Below are positions 35,581-44,618 of a stretch of DNA of 64,000 nucleotides, piece by piece. Position 1 is the first letter of the stretch; every line of letters starts with the position of its first letter. This stretch comes from Dehalococcoidales bacterium. GTDB taxonomy: Bacteria; Chloroflexota; Dehalococcoidia; Dehalococcoidales; UBA5627. A model generated the notes under the pieces. It searched no databases. It was not told the DNA's origin and worked only from the letters and a program-made list of their open reading frames with translations. The stretch spans positions 47,261-111,260 of the forward strand of contig DAOUFJ010000030.1 of NCBI GenBank assembly GCA_034429935.1. Direction: 5' to 3'. The translations under genes and the position numbers were made by a program.

Positions 35581-36426
35581 GTGACTAAGATAAGAATAAT
35601 TCGTATCATAACGGCTTTACTATTTATCGGGTTAATTGTCTGGGGTGTTTTCAGTAATTTCAGGTACGGCGGCCTGTGCTCTTTTGAAACCGCCTGGCAT
35701 ATCGGTACACTGGAACTCGGACTTGCCTGCCCCCTGGGTTTTTTACAGAGGTGGCTGGCCGGCGGCATTCTTTTCCCCCAATGGTTCCCTGCAGTATTAG
35801 CTATACTCTTGATTATCATACTGGGTAAAATCTTCTGCGACTGGTTTTGTCCCACTGTTCTTATGAAACGGTCGTTTAAAGGTAAAGGAATCTTTGAATC
35901 CAAATACAGTATATCTCCTGCAAAGATGAAGGGAGAATCGTATTCCCGCTATGCTATTCTGGGCGGGGTGTTGCTATCGACGTTTTTATTCGGATTTCCC
36001 GTTTTTTGCTATGTTTGCCCTATCGGACTCTTTTTTGCTTTTATATTTGCCGTAATAAGCCTTTTTACAGGACAGGTGTTGATCTGGCAATTGATATTAT
36101 TTCCTGTTTTACTGATATTCGAACTATACATTTTAAAACGATGGTGCCGTTCAATCTGCCCACTGGGAGCTTTAATGGGCATTTTCGGCAGTCTCAATCG
36201 TTTCTTCCGGCCGACTGTTAAAAAAGACAAGTGCCTTACTTCACAGGGTATAAATTGCCAGGTATGCCGGAAAAATTGTTCTGAAGGGATCGACCTGGTC
36301 GATAGCAAGGGTAATTTTGCTCAAAGAGAGTGTACCAAGTGCCTGGAGTGCTACGAGAAATGTCCGGCAAAAGCCATAGAAATACGGTTGTTTACTCCTT
36401 TCCGTCGAAAGAAAAATAAAGAGTAA
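35581..36426 (+). CDS. NapH/MauN/NosR-type polytopic membrane 4Fe-4S protein
   Basis: CPLGFLQRW, CDWFCP, CYVCPIG and RSICPLGALMG (CX3CP repeats), plus C-terminal CQVCRKNC and CTKCLECYEKCP. Confidence 0.75.
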   Translation: MTKIRIIRIITALLFIGLIVWGVFSNFRYGGLCSFETAWHIGTLELGLACPLGFLQRWLAGGILFPQWFPAVLAILLIIILGKIFCDWFCPTVLMKRSFKGKGIFESKYSISPAKMKGESYSRYAILGGVLLSTFLFGFPVFCYVCPIGLFFAFIFAVISLFTGQVLIWQLILFPVLLIFELYILKRWCRSICPLGALMGIFGSLNRFFRPTVKKDKCLTSQGINCQVCRKNCSEGIDLVDSKGNFAQRECTKCLECYEKCPAKAIEIRLFTPFRRKKNKE

Positions 36427-36485
36427 CTATATAACAGAACCGGGCATCATAAATAAAAAGAACCATTGGTTTCGAAGATAATAGA

Positions 36486-37031
36486 ATGTGTATTTACCGG
36501 AATAAGTCATTAAATCCCGTTGCCTTTATTACCCTGGCAATCGTTATCGCTGTTTCATCCCTTGTTGTAACGGAAAGAGTTACACGTATAGCGATCGAAG
36601 CGCAGCAAGATACGGAAACACTTTCGTTATTGCAGCAAATATTCACTGATACGGATTATTATTCTTACAATGCCGATACGGGGATCTATATTGTATACGA
36701 TAACAGCCGTAATGAAATAGGTTATGCATTTTATGGCTCGGACAGGGGGTTTAGAAGTGATATTACTGTTCTTATCGGGCTTGAAGACAAGAAGACGATA
36801 AAAGGGATTGTTGTGGTTCGACAAAGTGATGACTATCAATACTGGCAAAGGCTGGTCTATGGTAATTTCTTCGAACAGTTTAAAGGATTGAAGATAGAGA
36901 ACTGTTTTATTACGGGATATGGCTTGGGGTATGGGCATGTGGATGCGGCATCGGGAGCGACTATAAGTTCATGGGGTGTAACGGATGCAGTGAGAAAGGC
37001 GGCTTTGGAAAAGGTTAAATTGATGGAGTAG
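36486..37031 (+). CDS. membrane-anchored FMN-binding (FMN_bind) domain protein (NosR/RnfG/RdhC N-domain-like)
   Basis: N-terminal TM helix, and C-terminal VDAASGATISSWGVTDAVRKA (the SGAT-S flavinylation motif). Confidence 0.75.
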   Translation: MCIYRNKSLNPVAFITLAIVIAVSSLVVTERVTRIAIEAQQDTETLSLLQQIFTDTDYYSYNADTGIYIVYDNSRNEIGYAFYGSDRGFRSDITVLIGLEDKKTIKGIVVVRQSDDYQYWQRLVYGNFFEQFKGLKIENCFITGYGLGYGHVDAASGATISSWGVTDAVRKAALEKVKLME

Positions 37032-37418
37032 GACTTTAGCCTTTTGTGTGCATTACAATGGGCATCACAGTGTAGGACATGTATCTACTTACCATTGAAT
37101 GTAGCAGGAAGGCTTCATTCTATTAACTGTCGTTTGAAATCTATGCCACCACTCTATTCCAGAATTCCAATTTGTCTATCGCCTCTATTTGTATCAAATG
37201 GTTGGAGTTTATTATTCCCATGGTTGTTGTATGTGTAATTGCTGTTATCCCATGTATCTAGTTTTATCCTGCTTATGAATTACATCTAAGTACTGAAAGC
37301 CCGATGCCTTTGCTTGTAACATTCAGACCTTCGAAGTCCTGTGTCTTTGGCTACATCAACGAGAAGTACATCCCTGGCGATTGTCTTTTTAAAATTGTGT
37401 TTTGTTTTTATAGCCTCT

Positions 37419-38012
<594 letters not shown>

Positions 38013-38014
38013 TT

Positions 38015-38200
38015 TTATTTGTTATACTCCTTTTTTGATTTACGTCCTCCTCCTAATTTTCTTTGTCTACAATAATTTAGTTCCAATACTACCCAGTCTC
38101 TAGCCAATTTAACTCCTTTAATTTCACCTTTGGCTAATAACCGCCTTACTTGACTGGTGTCTAATCCTAGCTTGATAGATGCTTCTTTTACACTATACAT
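38015..38200 (-). CDS. excisionase-family helix-turn-helix protein (Xis-like)
   Basis: MYSVKEASIKLGLDTSQVRRLLAKGEIKGVKLARDWVV is the excisionase/MerR-type HTH_17 pattern. 61 aa. Confidence 0.7.
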   Translation of the reverse strand: MYSVKEASIKLGLDTSQVRRLLAKGEIKGVKLARDWVVLELNYCRQRKLGGGRKSKKEYNK

Positions 38201-38206
38201 AGTTAT

Positions 38207-38230
38207 ATTATACCTGTATACAGGTATAAT
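38207..38230. promoter_or_regulatory. 24-bp perfect palindrome (ATTATACCTGTA|TACAGGTATAAT) in the divergent promoter region of element B
   Basis: It lies 7 nt upstream of the xis-like start and contains TATAAT (38225-38230) facing the 38307 gene. Confidence 0.5.
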
Positions 38231-38306
38231 TTCAAGGCAAAAATGAAGAAAAATTTATTGCCATGTATATTGTGTATCTGATGTATCAAATAGTATTATT
38301 ATCACT

Positions 38307-39011
38307 ATGGAAGAAAGCGAATATAAGAGAACAAAAGCTATATTAGATACGGCTAAGAAAAGAGACGTTCCTGACTTTGAGCATACATTAGATATGCGTA
38401 ATGAATGTATTAGATTATTAATGATAAATTTGGTTCAATATCGACCTTTCATTGAGAGGATGAATCAATTAAGACTGAAATATGAGAAATGTGATGAAAT
38501 AAAGGAAAGACCATTAGCTTCAATAGAATCTCTGAGTCAATCTTTCCAAACTATGAAAAAGCAGGCACAGGAATATCTTAAAGATATTTCATCAATTGTT
38601 AGTGATTATGGTCTTAATCCTGATTGGGCAAGAGAACTAATACATGAAGGTATTAATGATTTTGATTCATTAGCTACTGGATTAGATTGTAAAACCATAG
38701 ATGAAGAATTTAGTTTTAATATAACTTGGAATACAGAAAAATTGTCTAGTAAAAAAGAAGCCTTTGCACAAGTAAAAGAGCAATTTAACGAACAATGGGA
38801 TTTATATGAGCAATATTTAAAAAGTATTGGATTTAACAAAAGAAGAAAAAAGGGAGCATTAGGAAATCATGTTATATGGACTTTTAAGAAAGTATGTTTG
38901 CATATGGCATGGCATGAGTTAGCTCAAGACGAAGGTTTATTAAACGCAGAATCATTAAGGAAACCAGTTTATCAAATTATTAAATTATTAGGGCTTAATT
39001 CTACTAATTAA
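38307..39011 (+). CDS. hypothetical protein (element B)
   Basis: 234 aa, helical, no family recognised. Confidence 0.55.
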   Translation: MEESEYKRTKAILDTAKKRDVPDFEHTLDMRNECIRLLMINLVQYRPFIERMNQLRLKYEKCDEIKERPLASIESLSQSFQTMKKQAQEYLKDISSIVSDYGLNPDWARELIHEGINDFDSLATGLDCKTIDEEFSFNITWNTEKLSSKKEAFAQVKEQFNEQWDLYEQYLKSIGFNKRRKKGALGNHVIWTFKKVCLHMAWHELAQDEGLLNAESLRKPVYQIIKLLGLNSTN

Positions 39012-39144
39012 AGAGATAGATGCCTAAGAATAAAGTTAAACTTCAGCATCATATCTAATTAGAGAATATAATTATCTCCTATAGCGTCAAGGATTAAAAA
39101 TCATATCTATACATTCGGAGAAATATTAAGGCATATAAGTTAAT

Positions 39145-39267
39145 TTATTTGCGTTTTTTGGGCTCAGTAAACTTCGGCAATTCTACGCCATCGCCTGATC
39201 TATCAGGTTTGCCACTCTTAGTTATTCTAGGCGGATTACCTTGTTTTTGTGTCGGAGTTCCTTTCAT
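39145..39267 (-). CDS. small basic ORF (40 aa) with a strong SD, not in the ORF track
   Basis: Own translation: MKGTPTQKQGNPPRITKSGKPDRSGDGVELPKFTEPKKRK. AAGGAGGA lies 5 nt upstream of ATG 39267. Confidence 0.45.
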   Translation of the reverse strand: MKGTPTQKQGNPPRITKSGKPDRSGDGVELPKFTEPKKRK

Positions 39268-39409
39268 TTTGTCCTCCTTGTTAAAAAACAAATCCATTGT
39301 AGCATAAATTCAAAACGATATACTATCAAAGGTGGGTAATTTTTTATTTATCTCTTTTTCCCAATATTACTACTGAAAAAAGTATGTTAGCCTTTTATTA
39401 AGGTGAAAA

Positions 39410-40375
39410 ATGGAAAAGAAGAAAACTGTATATGAAATACATTCTGGTAAAAGTGCTATTGAATCAGATATTCCAGAAGTAGACTATATTATCGAACAAA
39501 AGCTAAGACATCAAGCCAAGATTGCAGTAATAGGAAAATGGAAAACTGCAAAATCATTTTTAACTATACAGCTAGGTATGGCTATTGCTTCGGGTAATGA
39601 TTTTCTAGGATTTAAAACCACACAAGCCAATGTTCTGTATGTCAATTTTGAAATCTCAGAAGAGATGTTTGCTCAAAGAATACAGGATATGAATCATGCT
39701 CTTAATTATAATCTTGATAATTTTAATTATTTAACCATTACTGACCTTAGCTTGGATTTGCATACACAGGAACTTGAGGAAATTCTGACACAATGTATTA
39801 CTGAGGGATTTAATGTTGAAGTTTTAATTATTGACCCTAGATGGAAAGCGGTTAAAAGAGACAGTAATCAGGATGAAGTAATTAACGCCTTTTGTACACA
39901 CCTTGACCAGATTATTCAGAAGTACAAATTGGCTGTCATTGTTGTTCATCATGAGGGTGCTAGTACATCCTCAGATAAAGCTGGTAAAGGTAGCACGGTC
40001 TTTGATGCTTGGCTTGATGGTTGGTTTAAGATTAAACCACAGTCTTTAGACAATAAAGTAAGAGAAATAGATGTGTGGTCTAGAGATAGTGAAAGAGAAA
40101 CCATTATAGCTACCTTTAAATATCCAATTCATGAAGTGTCATCAAACATGGTAGCAGAAAGAAAGGCAAAAACGGATAAAGCTAAATTAAGCATACTTGA
40201 ATTCATTAATTCGGGAAGTAAACCGGAAAAGGAGGTGAGATTCTATGTACTAGGTAAGGGACATACTGACTATGCTTACTGGAGAGCGAGGTCAGAATTA
40301 TTAAAAGAAGGAATAATTGAAGTGGAAAAAGCTTCAGGTCCAGGAAATAGAAAAATCATTTCATACAAGAAATAA
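39410..40375 (+). CDS. RecA-fold ATPase, AAA_25/RepA-like (replication/helicase-loader type found on integrative elements)
   Basis: IAVIGKWKTAKSFLTIQLGMAIASGNDFLGFKT (Walker A variant), VLIIDP (Walker B), VIVVHHEGAS..KGSTVFDAW. Confidence 0.65.
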   Translation: MEKKKTVYEIHSGKSAIESDIPEVDYIIEQKLRHQAKIAVIGKWKTAKSFLTIQLGMAIASGNDFLGFKTTQANVLYVNFEISEEMFAQRIQDMNHALNYNLDNFNYLTITDLSLDLHTQELEEILTQCITEGFNVEVLIIDPRWKAVKRDSNQDEVINAFCTHLDQIIQKYKLAVIVVHHEGASTSSDKAGKGSTVFDAWLDGWFKIKPQSLDNKVREIDVWSRDSERETIIATFKYPIHEVSSNMVAERKAKTDKAKLSILEFINSGSKPEKEVRFYVLGKGHTDYAYWRARSELLKEGIIEVEKASGPGNRKIISYKK

Positions 40376-40395
40376 ACTAGAAAAGGAGATAATAA

Positions 40396-40701
40396 ATGAG
40401 TTTTGCATCTTATTTAAAGCGGGGGAAAAATTATCCTACACTTACATGTGATACTTGTGGACAACCAATTCAAGATGTTACCTCAGCTATAATAACATTT
40501 AAAGATTTGAGCGGATGTCCAATAAGCCATGCGACTGGCATATATCACAAGGTTACATGTGACCCTGGTCATGAAGTTCAGCCTTATTGCGATGAACTTC
40601 AAAGCTACTTGTGCCAATTAGTTTTTAACTTAAGGCTAGGAAGAGTAGTAAATAAAAATAGTAAGCAAATAATCATTGATATTCCACAAGATGAACTATA
40701 A
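40396..40701 (+). CDS. hypothetical protein (element B)
   Basis: 101 aa, SD AAGGAG upstream, CDTCGQ motif. Confidence 0.5.
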   Translation: MSFASYLKRGKNYPTLTCDTCGQPIQDVTSAIITFKDLSGCPISHATGIYHKVTCDPGHEVQPYCDELQSYLCQLVFNLRLGRVVNKNSKQIIIDIPQDEL

Positions 40702-40995
40702 ATTATAAGGGTTTTTAAAATAGAAACTGCAGTTTCTTAAAACTATTTGATTGAATATTATATATTAAGTAGATATTTCGGGTCTCTAGCATTTTTGTCA
40801 AATGTTCAAATATTTGATTATTTGATTATTTTTTATAAGAGTCCGTTAAAAAGAATTCTAGCTTTGACTTATTAACATTTTAGAATTATAACAGCACAAG
40901 ATATATACATTGTATCTGTTATTGATTTAGGTTTATATTTAAGCGGCTAGTTAGCTATTTGACAATATCAATAGCAGTCTATTAGGGTAAAAATC

Positions 40996-41304
40996 TTAAT
41001 ACCATCCTTGTCCGAATAGTGATTTAAAAACACCTGTAATAGCGGTTATCCCACCACCTATTATGAGAATCCACCCTAAAACAGGCATTGTGACTTGATA
41101 ATAAGCGCCATCCCTCAATTCAGTATAACCTTCAAATCCCGTTATATAGCCGACATATATAATAAATCCACTAATTACTAATGCAAATAAAAACCCTAAT
41201 AACCGCCATAAACCACCTTTTTCAGCACAACTCTCCGCGACAAATTTAACCAAGGTAAAAAGAAATATAAAGGGGAGTAAAATTAACCAACCAAAAAATC
41301 TCAT
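40996..41304 (-). CDS. small membrane protein (3 TM)
   Basis: 102 aa, hydrophobic. Confidence 0.5.
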   Translation of the reverse strand: MRFFGWLILLPFIFLFTLVKFVAESCAEKGGLWRLLGFLFALVISGFIIYVGYITGFEGYTELRDGAYYQVTMPVLGWILIIGGGITAITGVFKSLFGQGWY

Positions 41305-41516
41305 AATGACGTCACTCCTTAAATATCTATTTCCCTTTATTATGGGTTATGACAACTCCCTCCCAACCAGTTAAAATAGTCTAAAAAGAAGTCTTTTTGG
41401 GTTTTGTTTAACTATGCTAACCCTTTTGCCTATAGCTAGGGGTAGTTCGGTTATATAGGTTAATAAAAGTGTATATATAAATATCACAATCACGGCTCTC
41501 ATAAACGGATTTTATT

Positions 41517-41984
41517 CTAACTTACACGCCAGGTCCATTTTTTTTCAATGATTCCAGTCTTGCATTTCGGGCAGGTTTTATCAACCATCTCTATCACTGT
41601 TTTAACATTTTCTGATTTGCACTTGGGGCATATTCTTTGATCTCTCCTTTTATTAGTTCCATATGAGTGAAACATGCTGTATTTACAATAATAATATCGC
41701 ACAGATCTGTCATTGTTATCTTCAGCCCCTTCATCGTCGCCTATGTCTAATTCGAACTGGTGCAAACAGTTCAGGCAGACACAATCCGAATTGTAGCCTG
41801 TTCGATCTAAAATCATTTGTTTAGTCGCTTTTTTGCCAAGGATTTTACGAATTGTTCTGCCCTCATCGGGATGTGGGCAAACGATTCTTTTTCCGTTATC
41901 ATCAATTACATAAAGATATCCGCCCCAACCTTGCGGCAGGGAGAAATGACAGTTATTGCATATATAATCGTTTATATCTGGCAT
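41517..41984 (-). CDS. hypothetical multi-zinc-ribbon protein
   Basis: CNNC..CPH, CLNC and CPKC..CPKC pairs. Confidence 0.5.
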   Translation of the reverse strand: MPDINDYICNNCHFSLPQGWGGYLYVIDDNGKRIVCPHPDEGRTIRKILGKKATKQMILDRTGYNSDCVCLNCLHQFELDIGDDEGAEDNNDRSVRYYYCKYSMFHSYGTNKRRDQRICPKCKSENVKTVIEMVDKTCPKCKTGIIEKKWTWRVS

Positions 41985-42238
41985 ATTCTAATATCCTTAT
42001 TTAACCTACCATTGATTACAATATAAATTCTAATACTGGGCTACTGCCACTATTAACTATTCTTTTTAATATTGGTTATCACCATAATTGTTGTATTTAG
42101 GACAGAGTATTTCCTCATTACCACAAGCTTTTGTCCGCTGACCTGAACCCAATGTAATAGGCTGTTAATCGACTTTTTTAATTTTACAGCATCAATGACT
42201 ATGACAGGGTTGCAGGTAACCAGACTGCGATAGCTTTC

Positions 42239-42883
42239 CTACTCTTCATAAATAGTTACCTTCAGATATGCATCACAATACTCTAATGTCATTGGCGACA
42301 CGCTTGTCAATATTCGCAAACTATACTCGCCACTCACGGGGGCGATGAAAGCGAATTTCCAAGGATAACTTTGTATGCTTATGTCTATCATATCGCCTTG
42401 ACGACGTAAGGATTGTTTAATGGTGTCTCCAAACGGGTCTTTTACATCAGAAATTACCGGCACTGGGTTAGTAAGTGCAAACTCTTGCCTAGCTCCACTA
42501 CTAAAGGAATAGCCTTGTAAACTTACCTCTCCTTCAACTCTGCTACCGGCTTCTACCTGAAAGCGGAAAGTGCCGCTATCTAGTGCCTCTTTAACCATAT
42601 CTGAGTTGTTTAGCCATAAATAATAGGGCACTGGTTTAATATCCTTTTCTAGCACTTTGGGAGGCGTGGGGGTTAGCTCTGATGTGGCATAGGAATACTC
42701 CACTACTGTTTCTGTATACATTTCTCTTGGAGTTGAACCTGTATCAGTTGCTGTCTTTTGAGTGTAAAAAGCATAACCGAGAACAGCTCCTAGACAAAGG
42801 CTAAGGATAATTATTACCGCTATCAACAATCTGTTAATCATTTTCGGACTTCTAAGAAAGTATAATAAGCCTATAATTTTCAT
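42239..42883 (-). CDS. membrane-anchored extracytoplasmic protein
   Basis: N-terminal TM (LLIAVIIILSLCLGAVLGYAF), with a beta-rich remainder. Confidence 0.5.
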   Translation of the reverse strand: MKIIGLLYFLRSPKMINRLLIAVIIILSLCLGAVLGYAFYTQKTATDTGSTPREMYTETVVEYSYATSELTPTPPKVLEKDIKPVPYYLWLNNSDMVKEALDSGTFRFQVEAGSRVEGEVSLQGYSFSSGARQEFALTNPVPVISDVKDPFGDTIKQSLRRQGDMIDISIQSYPWKFAFIAPVSGEYSLRILTSVSPMTLEYCDAYLKVTIYEE

Positions 42884-42964
42884 TTGTCAATCCTATATAG
42901 TGTCAATTATCATCTAAATGTGCCTAATTACTTTCCGCATTTTAACATTATATCTAAATAAGGA

Positions 42965-43171
42965 GTGTTGAGAGTGGGAAGAAAGAAACCACAGAAGCAA
43001 GAAGAAAAGATTGAGCGGATATTTCTTACTTTCACCGAGGCACAAGAATTTCTAGGAGTAAGCCACCAGACTATATATAAGCTAATGAAAGAGGGTTTAC
43101 CCTCTCACAAGATAGGTAGGAAGCGGGTTTTTTTGAAGGAAGACCTTACCAAGTGGATAAAAGAGCATTAG
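42965..43171 (+). CDS. excisionase/MerR-type helix-turn-helix protein
   Basis: LTFTEAQEFLGVSHQTIYKLMKEGLPSHKIGRKRVFLKEDLTKWI. Confidence 0.72.
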   Translation: MLRVGRKKPQKQEEKIERIFLTFTEAQEFLGVSHQTIYKLMKEGLPSHKIGRKRVFLKEDLTKWIKEH

Positions 43172-43299
43172 ATTTTAATTTTGAGTAAATTCCCAGAGTG
43201 GACTTAGAAAAACAAAATATTATCTCAAAATAAGTTGACCCGTACCAATATAACATGAATACAGTCGTATTTAGCTTTAGTTTGTGAACATGTTCAGCT

Positions 43300-44118
43300 T
43301 TAGACTATAGGACTATTACCCCTATTGTTGTGAACAGTTTTAAGAGCATCCTCAAATGTTAATGAAGCTGAATAACGTTCAACCATGCTTAAGGTAGTCC
43401 ATCCTCCAAGCGTTTGTACTACTCTTGTAGATAGTCCACTCTTTACATTATGGACTGCAAAGCCTCTTCTGAAACTGTGAGGATTACATTTAATACCAGT
43501 CTTAAATGCTAATCTTTTAAGCATAGTCTGTATACCGCTAGTATCTATGCCAAAGCTATCATTATTATTAAACCATGTTTTTACTATATCATTACCACAT
43601 AAGCACTTACGATAGCGATTACCTTTACCAAGTACAATGACCGTGCCTTCCATCCAATCAAAGTCCTTAGCTTTCACATTAGCAGCTTCAGAGACTCTCA
43701 TCCCACTATGCCAAAGTAGAGAGATAATAGCTCTATCCCTTCTAGGACAAGCATTTATTAATGTTTGATATTGGGCTTCGGTTATTGCTGGAAGTAACTT
43801 CTTTTGCCGTTTTGGTGCTTCTACAAGTGTGATAGGATTATTCTCTATATGTTCATTTTTAAATAACCAATTACTTAGTGCTCTTAAGCATTTGAAGTAA
43901 TTCCATTTTCCATTTGAACAGCTTAGATTATCAAGGAAATTCTTTATACCATCAGGGCTTAAAGGATATCCAATGAAGCGTTTTAATCTCCATTCATAAT
44001 CTGAAATTGTTCTTGCAGATAAACCATTCGCTCTACTTTTTAAAAAGGCAGACAGCATTTGGCTTGTGAACAGTTGTTGTTCTTTTGTGAACACTTTGAA
44101 GCTGGAATTTGTGAACAC
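43300..44118 (-). CDS. tyrosine recombinase (XerC/D-like) of element B; candidate C-part of an att-spanning integrase
   Basis: Core-binding domain (LSARTISDYEWRLKRF) and catalytic residues in GMRVSE, GKGNRYR, HSFRRGF, LGGW and ERY. The frame stays open upstream to att copy 2. Confidence 0.9.
   Translation of the reverse strand: MFTNSSFKVFTKEQQLFTSQMLSAFLKSRANGLSARTISDYEWRLKRFIGYPLSPDGIKNFLDNLSCSNGKWNYFKCLRALSNWLFKNEHIENNPITLVEAPKRQKKLLPAITEAQYQTLINACPRRDRAIISLLWHSGMRVSEAANVKAKDFDWMEGTVIVLGKGNRYRKCLCGNDIVKTWFNNNDSFGIDTSGIQTMLKRLAFKTGIKCNPHSFRRGFAVHNVKSGLSTRVVQTLGGWTTLSMVERYSASLTFEDALKTVHNNRGNSPIV
44065..44117 (+). promoter_or_regulatory. three direct TGTGAACA motifs (44065, 44086, 44110); further copies at 37884, 43283 and 43329. 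Candidate integrase-binding sites of element B
   Basis: All six copies are in the same orientation. They flank both sides of the att core and occur in different reading frames. Confidence 0.45.
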
Positions 44119-44177
44119 TTTATGTTCACTATTGGAATGCTCAGGGGATGTTTTTAATGGATTTTGAAGCTGAATTT

Positions 44178-44222
<45 letters not shown>

Positions 44223-44338
44223 GCTGATGAATAATCTGTTATCACCTGTTTTTACGTTTGGAATCGTGATTTTTCAAAAAATCTAAAATCCATACTCAAT
44301 CGTAAAATGTTACTTCATTTTTCCCCATTATTTTCAAT

Positions 44339-44362
44339 CCGTTAGCAAATGGTTAGCAAAAA
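44339..44362 (+). promoter_or_regulatory. tandem GTTAGCAA motif (CCGTTAGCAAatgGTTAGCAAAAA), distal arm of element A
   Basis: A near-identical 24-mer occurs at 51385-51408 in the same orientation. Confidence 0.5.
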
Positions 44363-44450
44363 GTAATTATTTTAAATAAACATATTGACTATCCACATAC
44401 CTAGATGTACAATCCCTTTAAATGTATTAGCTACTAAAAAAGATTTATAA

Positions 44451-44618
44451 ATGTCTGATAACGCTAAATTACAGCAATATATAAATGAACTATCTGCCCA
44501 AACTAACGATCCTATCCACATAAGATTAATTTCTGCATACATTGGTGCGAATCCGAAAGAATCGATAGAAGAAGAACTTGGAAAGATATTAATCGAGATT
44601 ATAGAAAATGAAGATTAA
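44451..44618 (+). CDS. small acidic ORF (55 aa) overlapping the start of the ABC ATPase gene by 11 nt; not in the ORF track
   Basis: Own translation: MSDNAKLQQYINELSAQTNDPIHIRLISAYIGANPKESIEEELGKILIEIIENED. The stop is at 44616-44618 and the ATPase ATG is at 44608. Confidence 0.5.
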   Translation: MSDNAKLQQYINELSAQTNDPIHIRLISAYIGANPKESIEEELGKILIEIIENED

